In this document: positions 18,733-30,000 of the stretch, piece by piece
Position numbering within the stretch: the first letter of the stretch is position 1
Layout: every line of letters starts with the position of its first letter
Source of the DNA: a virus
Lineage: Duplodnaviria; Caudoviricetes
Length of the DNA stretch: 51,309 nucleotides
Virus record (IMG/VR): IMGVR_UViG_3300009082_000024
Coordinates: 1-51,309 of that record
Reading direction: 5' to 3' (one strand)
Translations under genes and position numbers: made by a program
Notes under the pieces: model-generated
The model's input: the letters and a program-made list of their open reading frames with translations, nothing else
Databases searched by the model: none
Told to the model about the DNA's origin: nothing

Positions 18733-21700
18733 GTTTATCAAATACTCCAGTTGCTTTTTACATGAAGTCTTTGCCTGGTATGAATAATAAGGTTGAGACT
18801 GAAGAGCTCCAGGAAAAGTACGCTGAGAAAGCTCAGAATTGCAGGTTTGAACCTACTCCAGGAGCAGTGTCTAAACGTGAACCGATCTCTTATTTTAATC
18901 CTGTCGCCATCGATGCGAACCCGATGATGTCAGTATATCGTTACTACACTTCTGGAGGCATCACTAAGTTTATAGCTACGAGCGGTACTGGAGTCTACGT
19001 TGGCGATGATGCTACAGGGACATTCACTTTGATCAGGACATTAACCACCACAGGAAAGAGATGTTCGTTTGTTACTTATCAAGACATTCTCATCGGTTCT
19101 ACAGGCTACGATAATATCTTTTGCTATGACGGTTCTTCAGACAATATCACCTGGGAACTTGGTTCTTGCAGGGCTGAGGTTGGTGCTGGAGTCGGTATAA
19201 CTCGTACTGACATTTCTTATAAGATAACCTGGGATGACGACTGGTATGTGCCTGGTGCTGTCTCTAATACGATAGCAGCTGTAGTTAACCAAAACATTTC
19301 TTTGACTAACATTCCTTTAGGGCCAGTGGGTACGACGAATCGTAAGATATATCGTAAGTCTAGCGAGACTGGTGGTGGATATAGGTTGATAGCAACTATA
19401 GCAAATAACACTGCTACTACATATACAGATTCTACGGCTGATGCTTCTGCTGGCGCTTTGATGCCAGCAGTTACTGATTCCATGCCGCGTGGTGCTGAGC
19501 TGCAAATATACCGTGAAAGATTATTCGTGACGAGGGATCCAACTAGCCCGAGCAAGATATACTTTTCTGACCCTTATACTCCGCATTATATCCAGAAAGA
19601 TACACAGTTAACTTTTCTTGATATCTCTCCAGAGGACAATGATGAAATCATGGGAATACCTGTAGTCATGGGCAATATAGTCTGTATCAAGAAGAACACT
19701 ATCAGGAAGATATTTATTTTGGGGCCTGTCGGCAATTGGTATGCTGAAGATCCTTTCTCTTTCTCTGGGACTCCTGCCGCATGGTCGATATGTCAGACTC
19801 CTCATGGCATCATGTATCTTGGCTGGGATCATTGGTATCTTTATGATGGTTCTAATGCGCAGCCTGTTATAGATGAGTTTGATACGAATAAAATACTTCC
19901 TGCTAATTACTATGATGTTGTTTCTTTCTGGGATAATACAGAGTTTATAGCGGCATATACTGATTTAGATTACGGCTCTCAAGTCCACGATAGGGTGATG
20001 AGGTATAACTTTAAGCGTAAGACCTTGTCTTATGACACGATAAAGGTCAATTGTTTTGCCTCAAAGAGAGGAGACCAGGAGACAGGAGAACTTTATTATG
20101 GATCTTCTGAGATCGGATATGTCTATAAAGCTGTGAATGAGGATATCGTTTATAAACTTACTAATAAGACTGAAGCCCTTAACGGTACTTCTAGTGATGT
20201 CTTCATAGGTGGGACTGAGAGCAATCCCTATATCGAGATCGGGACTGTTGAGCCAGCGTTGGCAATACCTACTAATATCTGTATTCTTTGGGACGCTGAA
20301 GATAGCACTCCAGGAACTGGGTGGACAGAAATAACTACATGGAGCGATAAGTTTGTCAGGATCTCTATTACCGCAGGTACGTTGACTGTGGATACTGGCC
20401 ATACGCACGGGATAACTGGTAAGTTAAACGCGATCAGTGCTGGGGCTTCTAAGTCTGGTGAGTATCAGAATGATGTTACCAGAGAGCATGGTGAACATGC
20501 TGTAAACATCACCTCAGCTTCTTCCAATACTTATCCTCGATGTGTTAAGTTCAGATTGTTTTATAAAAATGCCACGACTACAGAGTATGAATTCCCTGTA
20601 GGTTCTATCATTATGTGGGATCAGGCTGCTGTACCTGAAGGGTATGTAAGCATGTACAATGCTGGTTATTATTTGCGTCTTGGGACTTCTAGTCTAGGGG
20701 AGACGGTAAGTAGTTCTCATAGTCATAGCTTCAATGGACAGTCTGCTCCAGATAACAATCATCGTCAGGGTGATGCTGGTGGTAACTGTGCCAACTGGAC
20801 ACATCATCATATGGTCACAGGAGATACTTCTACGGACGTACAAGATAGTTGGGAACTTGATTATGTAGCTGTTCATTTTATAAAACGTATTGGAGAGACT
20901 TCTACCTGGGATGGCTCTGTAAAATACGCATATGCTTTTTATTGGACTGTTGGAGCACCAGGCAATGGCTGGTCAGAAGTAAGCGCAACTTATGAAGGAA
21001 GATATATTAAGCTAGGTGAAGGAGATCTGGTTACGGGGGCTGCGGCCAACGCTGCGCACACTCATACTATTGGCCCAGGGACTTCTGGTTCTGACGTTGG
21101 TCACGCAGGTAATGGCGGGAATCCTGCTGACGGTGACTCTCATCATACTCACCCTTGGACTTCGTTGACGGTAGCAAGTGGGAATTCTGCTGCTCCTGGT
21201 GCAGTTACTTTACGTTTGTTTCGTAAAGTTCTCGGCAAGATGAAAGATTATAATTCTGCGTGGGAGACTCCTGGATTAGTGGCGGGGACATGGATATCTC
21301 CTGCTGCTCAATTATCTCCTGATACATTAAAGACTTTGTGGTGGAATGAATCCTTAGTGGGCACCGATGACATGCTGTTTCACATGAGGACTGGAGCGAC
21401 GCAGGCTCTTTGTTTAGCTGCTGCTTGGCAGCCAGTGGCAGGTTATACCAACCCTAATGCCCAACAGTTAAATGCGATCACAGTCAATATCTGGGTGCAA
21501 GTGAGAGTCTCTTTCTCCTGTACAGATACTACTGTAAGCAACCCGAAGCTTTATTCTGCCAATGGTTATTTGTTTAAGTTCTCTTATTCTAAGGGCGCGG
21601 TTGTCGCAGAGTCAGCAGTAGAATTTATTTATGATATAGGCGTGAGGCATTTTGATCTTCCTGATGTTGATAAGATATTTCAGAAGTTGGTCACTCGTCA

Positions 21701-21920
21701 TGATGGTACTGAAGGTTCGCTTACTATTTATTGGGACACAGAAAATGCGTCTGGTTCATTCGTCATTAATCTTGTAAGTAAGCCAAAGAGGTGGGACAGT
21801 TTCTTCCCGCCTAATGCTATGGGTAAAGAGATCAAGATAAAGGTGTATAAGAATGATCTTTATTCTTTTAAACTTAAAGAAATCCAAGGGGCATATGCTC
21901 CTCAGCCAATACAATTATGA
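18729..21920 (+). CDS. tail nozzle/stabilisation protein with inserted His-motif fibre-like domains
   Basis: GMNN...AQNCRF start; beta-propeller-like RERLFV, IYFSD segments; follows adaptor. Confidence 0.7.
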   Translation: MSLSNTPVAFYMKSLPGMNNKVETEELQEKYAEKAQNCRFEPTPGAVSKREPISYFNPVAIDANPMMSVYRYYTSGGITKFIATSGTGVYVGDDATGTFTLIRTLTTTGKRCSFVTYQDILIGSTGYDNIFCYDGSSDNITWELGSCRAEVGAGVGITRTDISYKITWDDDWYVPGAVSNTIAAVVNQNISLTNIPLGPVGTTNRKIYRKSSETGGGYRLIATIANNTATTYTDSTADASAGALMPAVTDSMPRGAELQIYRERLFVTRDPTSPSKIYFSDPYTPHYIQKDTQLTFLDISPEDNDEIMGIPVVMGNIVCIKKNTIRKIFILGPVGNWYAEDPFSFSGTPAAWSICQTPHGIMYLGWDHWYLYDGSNAQPVIDEFDTNKILPANYYDVVSFWDNTEFIAAYTDLDYGSQVHDRVMRYNFKRKTLSYDTIKVNCFASKRGDQETGELYYGSSEIGYVYKAVNEDIVYKLTNKTEALNGTSSDVFIGGTESNPYIEIGTVEPALAIPTNICILWDAEDSTPGTGWTEITTWSDKFVRISITAGTLTVDTGHTHGITGKLNAISAGASKSGEYQNDVTREHGEHAVNITSASSNTYPRCVKFRLFYKNATTTEYEFPVGSIIMWDQAAVPEGYVSMYNAGYYLRLGTSSLGETVSSSHSHSFNGQSAPDNNHRQGDAGGNCANWTHHHMVTGDTSTDVQDSWELDYVAVHFIKRIGETSTWDGSVKYAYAFYWTVGAPGNGWSEVSATYEGRYIKLGEGDLVTGAAANAAHTHTIGPGTSGSDVGHAGNGGNPADGDSHHTHPWTSLTVASGNSAAPGAVTLRLFRKVLGKMKDYNSAWETPGLVAGTWISPAAQLSPDTLKTLWWNESLVGTDDMLFHMRTGATQALCLAAAWQPVAGYTNPNAQQLNAITVNIWVQVRVSFSCTDTTVSNPKLYSANGYLFKFSYSKGAVVAESAVEFIYDIGVRHFDLPDVDKIFQKLVTRHDGTEGSLTIYWDTENASGSFVINLVSKPKRWDSFFPPNAMGKEIKIKVYKNDLYSFKLKEIQGAYAPQPIQL

Positions 21921-22150
21921 TAGATCATATTACTAAGTTGCCCTCGATGGAAAGCAAAGATTTAAATACGATGCAGCGTATTCTTGACAACATTCATAAT
22001 AACGCTGTAGGAATAATCTATACTGATGATGCTTCGAAAGCTTCAAGTCTTGCTGATGTCGGCAAGATTGTCGTTCTCGATGATGATTGCACAAGAAGAT
22101 TATATTTTAAGACGGCAAGAGGATTTGTAGGCTATATTACATTATTATGA
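21917..22150 (+). CDS. hypothetical protein
   Basis: ATGA coupling at both ends. Confidence 0.6.
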   Translation: MIDHITKLPSMESKDLNTMQRILDNIHNNAVGIIYTDDASKASSLADVGKIVVLDDDCTRRLYFKTARGFVGYITLL

Positions 22151-22629
22151 ATGATTTAATAGTTAAAAATTCACTTTCTAAGGAAACGGTAAGAAGTAAG
22201 ATACTCGAATTTGAGGAAAGGCTTGGTCAGGTTGACGGGATCATGCGCGGTGATTGCTTTCCTCTTAAACATACTTTTGTTGATGGTGCATATGTAAGAG
22301 AGATAACTATGCCTAAAGGAGCAATACTCACGAGTAAGATACATAAGGTGTGTCATCCTTATTTTATATTGAAGGGAGAAGTATCTGTACTTACAGAGAA
22401 TGGTGTTGAGAGGATAAAGGCCCCGCATTCAGGTGTAACCCCAGCTGGTACAAAACGTATTTTATACATACATGAAGAGACTGTTTGGACGACTGTTCAT
22501 GTGACGAAAGAAAAAGATTTAGACAAGATAGAAGAAGAAGTCATTGCTAATTCTTTTGAAGAAGTAGGATTAGCTGTAGATGAAAATGATATGTTAATTA
22601 ATAAGGATAAACCTAAGTTGGAGGTATAG
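22147..22629 (+). CDS. cupin-fold phage protein
   Basis: HTFVDGAYVREITMPKG...KIHK..H....KG...GTKR...HEETVWTTVH. Confidence 0.7.
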   Translation: MNDLIVKNSLSKETVRSKILEFEERLGQVDGIMRGDCFPLKHTFVDGAYVREITMPKGAILTSKIHKVCHPYFILKGEVSVLTENGVERIKAPHSGVTPAGTKRILYIHEETVWTTVHVTKEKDLDKIEEEVIANSFEEVGLAVDENDMLINKDKPKLEV

Positions 22630-22630
22630 T

Positions 22631-23389
22631 ATGAGTTGGGTTGCATTGGCAGGGACAGCAATCAGCGTTGGAACAAGCATGTATGCTAATAAGAAGAATA
22701 AGGGTACTCCAGGACAAATGGGGTATGATATTATTACTCCTCCTTCCATAGGGGAACAGTCTGGCACTGGCAAGTATATGGCTGACTATTGGACTAAAGC
22801 CATGCAGGGCCTTGCTACTGGAGAGCCGTGGAGAGGCTATGGTGATTATGAGCAGTTGATGAAGCGTAAGTTGCAAAGAGGGCAGCAAGAAGCTTTTTAC
22901 GGAAGTTCTGGTAATCGATACGGTGCATATTCAACTGGATTAGAGACAGGTGCTCTTACAGGTTTAGGCGGAGGAAGGACACAGGCAAGCCTTAAGCCGT
23001 TACAGAATCAGTGGCTAACAGGAAGTCAAGCAATAGAAGAATTTTTGGCTTCGGAAGGAGCCAAGGCTATGCAGCAAAGAGAACAGACTGGAAGCCAGGC
23101 CATGCTAGGATTGTCGCAGCCTTATTCACAACAAGTTATGCCTGTCAATATTCCTGGGGTTGAAGCACAAGCTTCTCCTTGGGCTTCTGCTTTGGGGACT
23201 ATAGCAGGTGGTATAGATTGGGGAAAGTTATTCGCTCCTAAACCAGGCTCTGCTGGAACAGCAAGCACATCGAGCTTTTCACCGATGAGCAATCCTTATG
23301 CTAATGTTCTTGGGAAGGTTCCTACAGGGACGTATTCAAATCTTCTTTCGCAATCATATTTCCCTACTTCCAATTGGGGACAATATTAA
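22631..23389 (+). CDS. internal virion/ejection protein
   Basis: MSWVALAGTAISVG start, Gly/Gln-rich; position after tail genes. Confidence 0.65.
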   Translation: MSWVALAGTAISVGTSMYANKKNKGTPGQMGYDIITPPSIGEQSGTGKYMADYWTKAMQGLATGEPWRGYGDYEQLMKRKLQRGQQEAFYGSSGNRYGAYSTGLETGALTGLGGGRTQASLKPLQNQWLTGSQAIEEFLASEGAKAMQQREQTGSQAMLGLSQPYSQQVMPVNIPGVEAQASPWASALGTIAGGIDWGKLFAPKPGSAGTASTSSFSPMSNPYANVLGKVPTGTYSNLLSQSYFPTSNWGQY

Positions 23390-23399
23390 AGGAGGAAAC

Positions 23400-24059
23400 A
23401 TGGCTGATATTCAATCAGTAAGATATAACGTACCGCAGCAGGCAGCTCCAGGATTCATGGACTATGCTGCTCAGTTCTTGACTAACTTTATGGGTAGGAA
23501 GCAAGCTGAGGCTGAGAAGAAAAGGGCTTATGAACAGGAGCTTTTCAAGTCTATGGCTTCTGCGCTTGCTGCGCAAAAGCAAATAGAATATGCCCCTGGT
23601 GAAGGACAAGGCATGAAGATCGGTGACCAGGTAGTCCCTTGGAGGGTTGTACCTGCTGCTCGTGAAGATGCAGGATACCCTGTTCAATTGCCTTTACCAG
23701 GAGCTGACCGAGGATTATATCAATTTAATGTTAAAGACCTCAGTGATCTGCAAAAAGTTCACAATGTATTGTTCCCTAATACTCAAATCATGAACGCAGT
23801 AAAAGAGATGGATGAGTTAAGAGCAATGGAGCGTAAGCCTCCGATGACAATAGAAGAAAAAAGACAAGCTTACGATGAACTACAAGCGCAGTTCCTTTTC
23901 AATAGGCAGCCAGGATCTTTTGCTCCTGTTACTCCGACTTTGCAGCCACAGCCTCGTAAAAAGTTCAAGTTCAGTGCAACTAATGATAGGGGAGAGATTA
24001 TTTATTCTAATGATAATAATAACTGGTTTGATAAAGACAATAAACCATATAAATACTAA
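23400..24059 (+). CDS. internal virion/ejection protein
   Basis: RBS AAGGAGG gives ATG 23400; Gln/Ala-rich helices. Confidence 0.6.
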   Translation: MADIQSVRYNVPQQAAPGFMDYAAQFLTNFMGRKQAEAEKKRAYEQELFKSMASALAAQKQIEYAPGEGQGMKIGDQVVPWRVVPAAREDAGYPVQLPLPGADRGLYQFNVKDLSDLQKVHNVLFPNTQIMNAVKEMDELRAMERKPPMTIEEKRQAYDELQAQFLFNRQPGSFAPVTPTLQPQPRKKFKFSATNDRGEIIYSNDNNNWFDKDNKPYKY

Positions 24060-27000
24060 TGCCTTTACCTCCAGGATTTAAGCTAACAGAAGAAACCCAG
24101 GGCAAGGGTCTACCGCCTGGGTTTACGTTGATAGAGGATACGCCTCAGGGTAAACCAAGCTCATACGATACTGTGTGGACTCGTATGGGCGAGACAGCCA
24201 AGCGTCCTGTTGAACTTGCACCTTTCGCGGGAACAGCTGCTGATATATATGATATTGCCAAGATAAAGATGGCAGCTGATAGGCTTCAAAAGGATGAGGC
24301 AACTCAGGAGGATATCGATTTAGTACAGTCTTACCTTGATAAAGAATCCCGCCCTAAAACATTTGGCTATAAAGTTGCTGATGTTGTTGCCCAGATACCT
24401 GCGTTCGCTGGTGAGATGTATTTTACAGGCGGTTTGGCCGCAGCAGGTAAAGCCGCAGCTTTTCAAACTGCAAAGGCTGCCAGCAAAAAGATATTAAGCA
24501 CGGCTACAAGAGAAGCTCTTACAAAATCGTTGGCCAAAACAGCAACTCGAAAACTCCTTACTGGTACAGCAAAAAAGATAGCTGGAGGATTGGTTGCAGG
24601 TAGCGTGCAATCATTGCCTGCTGGTGCGTTAAGGACTATCAAAGGGACTTTAGAGCGCACAGGCCCTCAGATAAATCTTGATGGGAGTATTAGTGGTGGA
24701 CAAGACTTGCTTCCTGCTGCCAAAGATGCTGCTGTTTCACAATGGATAGAGACTGTTTCTGAAAGAAGCGGAGGTTTGTTAGGAGAGGCCGCTAAATACA
24801 TTCCAGAAAAATATATAAATAGTGCCATTGTTAGAGCTTTAAAGAAGGCGAATCCTCTTGCTAATAATGAGCGTTTAAAGAAGGTCGTTGAAGCTACTCA
24901 ATGGCATGGAGTGTGGGGGGAGTTTTTTGAAGAAAGAGTAGCTGATGTCGGTCGCGCCATGACTGGTCTTGATGAATGGAAATTACCTTCCGCAGAACAA
25001 ATAGCTGTCGAGTTAACCTCATTCTCTGTTCCAGGTGTAGGCGCTGCTCTTGCAAAGAAAGCATTAGACTATTCAAAGTCAAAGGGAGAGGTAGCAAAGG
25101 AAGGAGCAAAAGAAGAGGGGATAACGAAAGGAGCAGAAGGTGATATTAAAGTCCCTGTATTCCCTAAGACAGTAAAGTTTACTACTATGGCGGAGATGAC
25201 GGGGAACAAGATATTTTCTACTAGCGTTGAAAAAGATGCTAAAGGCCGCACTGTTATCCAGTCTGCACCGAAACAAAACATCAGGGAGAATTTTACTGCT
25301 GATGAAAATACTCGGATGGACACCATGGCTTCTTCTATCCTCCAGGATGCAAAGATCATAAGTCATTACCCTAAAGCTCATATCGTCCATTTCAATGAGA
25401 TGGAGCCAACCATAAAGGATAACATTGTCAACATATTGTTTGAGAACAAGGATCAGCCGCAAGAGAAACAAACGACTGATGTTATTAACTATGTACAAGA
25501 ACTCCGTAATTCTCCACAGTTATTTTTGTCTGGTGTTGATAAAAAATCTGAGATAGTTAAAAGGCAAGGCAAGCAGATATTTACCGCCATTAATCCTGCT
25601 ACTGAGATCTATTTTTCACCATTCATGGCTAAAGTTCCTTTGACAAGGATAGCCCAATATCTTGTAGGAGAAGGTATCCCTGTTGAGAAGGCCAGTGTCC
25701 ATCAGCTTGTAGGCGCGGACCAGGTAGAAATAGCCAAGCAGGTGCATAAGACATTAGAGATAGAGTTTAACAGACAAGCAAAGCTCCAGCGAAATGCTCG
25801 AGAGGCAGCTGCTGTCGTTGACAACGTTAGGGCATATGACGAATCGAAAGAGCCGTCTCCGATTAAAGCTGAGATACAGCCCAAGGTTGACACCGCAGCG
25901 CTCTCTAAGTTCTTCAAGGGTAAAAAAGTTGATACTGCTCTCCCTTCGCCAACGCAACAGCAAGCATCTGCAATTACTCCTGAAATTGTTACTGAAGCTC
26001 CTAGGAATAAAGAAGTTGTTATAAGAGATATAATCGAAGGGCAGTTGGGTAGCACAGTTTTATCTAATGAAGAAGCAATTGAGTATACTGATACAAAAAA
26101 TGTTTTGACTACTGCTGAAAAAGCAAAATTGCTCAAAGTGCTTGATTTATTATCAACACGCGAAGATGAGTATACTTTACAAACTATGACTCCTCAAGAG
26201 CGTCAGGAGTTTTATCGCCAACGTTCTTTTGTGGCTGATAAAGCTATAGAAGCTATTCTTGGCAAACCAAAAGGTAAAGAAGCAAAAGCTGTGAGTGAAT
26301 CTGCTGTTGAGCCTACTGCCGCTACGGAGAATACAATTACTATTGTGCCTCAAGGTAAAGGAGAAATAAATGGGATGCGAGGCCCCTTGGGAGAACACAT
26401 GAACACAGTTGGGATGAAGCCTGGTAAACCTGGATGGCTTGGTAACCCAATTAAGTGGGCAGGGAATGGTGGTAAAGGCACTCTACAAGATGCTATTGCT
26501 GGATTTAAACAATTGTTTCTAAAAAAAGTAGAAAGCAATCCTGAATTTAGACAAGCTGTTCTTGATCTCCGCGGTAAACGTATAGGATATTATCGTCCTA
26601 ACGATCCTAATCACCTTCAGGTAATACAGGAATGGCTTGAGGGGATAGCAGAAGCAGATGCAGAACGTTCTGCTTATAACGAAGAGTCCTCTCAGGCAGA
26701 TACAGCTCGTCTTAATGCAGATGTAATTCTAACAGGTAAAAGCCCTTATCTTGCTAAAGACCAATTGAAAGCAGATAAGGCTAATAAGTTTATAGGGAGA
26801 GGATCATTCGCTAGCTCTACAGCTCAGTATGCTAAAAACTTTGGTGACAAGGCTAATATGGGGACGTATGCTCCATCTGATGTTGTTTTCATTTCAGCAG
26901 AAGGCAATAGAACAGGGAGAGTCAAGCCTGATTTTGGTGAGATACAAAAAGCTATTGATGCGGGAGCAACGCTTATAACAGATAACCAGGAGAATAGGAA

Positions 27001-30000
27001 GCGTCCTTATAATATTGGCGAACGCGAGGTTGCTGATTTTCTTATTAAAGGTGGATATATCGAACAGGATGGGACATGGAAAAGAAGCCAACCTGTTGCT
27101 GCTGCGGAAGCCCAGGATAAGTTATCAAGAGCAAGAGAAGAAACGTTGAGGAGGGCTATTGATGACAGCAGACTTCCTCAGATAGTAAAAGATGCTATAA
27201 GCAAGTATGTAGTCTTTGTCGATAGAATCCCTCCAGAAAGTGTTAATGATCCCAAGCTGGATATAGTATCCGCATATGACCCAGCCAAGGATAAAATAAT
27301 AATATCACTTGACCATATGACCGAAGGTGATGTGGCAAAAAAGGTCGCCCATGAATTTTTACATCGCGGGTTTGTAAAAACTGCTGAGGTTCTTGGCGGG
27401 CTTAATGAATTATACGATATCTTTTCAAAGGCTAAAGACCAGCTTATGGAAGTTCTTCCTGATCTGTTGAAATCAACAGGGCATACTTCGTTAGAGGAAT
27501 TAGTCGCTGATTATAAGATAGACCTTAATACCCAAGCTGGACAATTGCAATTGTGGCAGGAGTTGGCAGGCAGGTGGGCAGAAAATTTAGCACCACAACC
27601 AGTGAGACAAGAAGCTTGGTACGATGAGCTGCTCGATAATCTTGCAGCATGGATAAAAAGTTTTGTCGGCATAGAATCAAGCAGGAAAGAAGTAAACCGT
27701 TTAGTCAGCGGATTAGTGGTAAGAGGATCGTTAGACGCTATCCCAGAGCAGATGCAGGAAGGAAGTCTTTATCGTGAACCTGAGTTGAAAGTTGATGAGG
27801 GCGGGGATATTATTAAGCATCCTCTTGTTTCTGATGCTCTTAAGAATTATTCATTGACGCTTCAAGACAAAGAGAACGCGATGAAGCAAGGTTCTCTTGA
27901 GGATACGATAATAGGTCAGATATATGATATCAATAAAACACTTCATGGGGAAGCTAAAGGAAAACTCGGTAAGCTTTCTCGTTATCAAGCTGTGCTGGAC
28001 GAAATAGCAAGGCTTCGTAAAAAGCGCGGTGTATTACTTTACTTTTTAAATGTCAAATTAAATAGAGACCGCACCAAGATGGCGCAGGCTCTTCAAAATC
28101 TTCCTGATCTTATACCAGAAGAAATACGCGTTATGTTGGAGAGTACTCCTCAGAGATTAACCAGCGAGATAGGGATAATAGACAAGGAAGTTTCCAGAAT
28201 GACATGGCCGATGAATGTCAACAGTCCTTCTCGTTTGAAAAAAGAAATAGATGTTGCGCAAAAAGAAATTGCTCGCTTGAGCAATATACTCAAGACAGCA
28301 AATAAGCAGCAAGCTCCTTTATTGTCTAAAATAAATACAGCGTACAAAAATGAACTCAATGCTTACCTGGAACAGATGACTCCTTATGAGAAAGCCTTGG
28401 TAAGCGGGAAGACAGCTGCCCAGATCTCAAGAATAATACAAGACATAGAGAACAAAGGCCTTAATAAAGAAGTTAAATTAGTCGATGATCTTATCGGAGA
28501 ACGCAGGGCAAAATATGCTCAATATTTTGAAGAAGAGCTAGAGCCTGGTCTAGTTGTTGATAAAGGTGATGAGAAAGTCAATTTAGATGCTCAAGATGTT
28601 GCTGCGGTTGAAGAATATAAAAGCTTAGCTAAGGAAGCTAAAGACGCTATTGATGAGTCAGAGCAGAAGGAGATCACTCGACAGGCTTACGATAAGAGAC
28701 TTACTGAGATGTATAACAACTTGAGCGATGACGCCCGCTATGCTGTTGATATGGGCAATTCTTCAGAGCTTTATCGCGAGAGCATTGATGATGGAACACT
28801 AGAGTTAGGCGGTGGTTACGCTTCTGTGACAGCTACAAGGCCTTATATCCTTAAAGGCACAGTCCAGGGTAAGCCTGTGACCAAGACGTTGGAAGGTACT
28901 TATAGGATACAGTCTGTGATGGAAGACGGTAAAGTATTGTCTGGAGTTGTGAGCACTGCTGAGAGTTTTCGCATAGATGAAGTCGATCTGACAAGAGACC
29001 AGTTTGAAGAGATGCTTCGTGAGAACCAACGGCTTGCCGAAGAGACTGACGAGGCGCCTTTGAAGATAGATTATTGGGGCTTGCAGATGGCTGCCAAGAG
29101 AGGTAAAAGTCCAGTAGGGCAGAACAGCCAGAAACCTGATAATCCCTTTAAGATGGAACGCACTATGTCTGCCCGACTTGTTCTTGATCTTTTGAGATTT
29201 GCTCCTCAAGGATTAAAAGGCTGGGCTAAAGAGAAGTTACCTGATGAGGTAGTGAGGGCAACGCAGCGATTCTTTGCTCCCAAGCAGGTGGTGGAAAATC
29301 CCCAGAAGATAGTCGAAGTCCTTTATGATGAGAAGAATAGAAGCTCGTATTTTGACGCTCTAGCCTATTCTATGCTGCATGGCATAGATAGGAAGATCGC
29401 TGATACTGTGAGAAGGGATCATAAGAACTCTCAGATGACGATCAAGCAGAGTACTCCCCGCGTTATTGAGTCAGTGAAGAAATTATTATCTTCTGCTGCT
29501 TCTGAGATATTCGTGAAAGAAGGTGATGCAGGCCGCATTGCTGTCACTGATGTAGGCAAGCAGCATCAGCATGGACCAGGGACTTATCTCGGTGACCTGA
29601 AAGCTGAGGCGCAAGGTTTTATTGAACGGGCTACCTGGATGATAGATTTCTTTAAGATAGATGAGCAGTGGTTGAGAAAGACTTATTCTATACCTGCTAA
29701 CCAGACTGTGATCAAATATCTTTCTAAGACTCGTCCAGAGTTATTTTTCTATAAGATGTTAGCGCATCCTAATGTGTCTAGCGATAATATGCTTCAGAGG
29801 ATACTTGCTTACGGGCAATCTATCCAGACAACTATCTTAAGAAGGATGATGCAAGTCGGCTTGTTAAGCAGGGCTGACATGGCAAGAAATATTCGTGATG
29901 GTTATTTTAATAGGGTGTTTGACTTTCTCGATACGCAAAAGAAAAGAAGAAGAGCTACAAGTGGTGGTAATGCTGCTACAGAAAGTCAGGTTATACAGGC

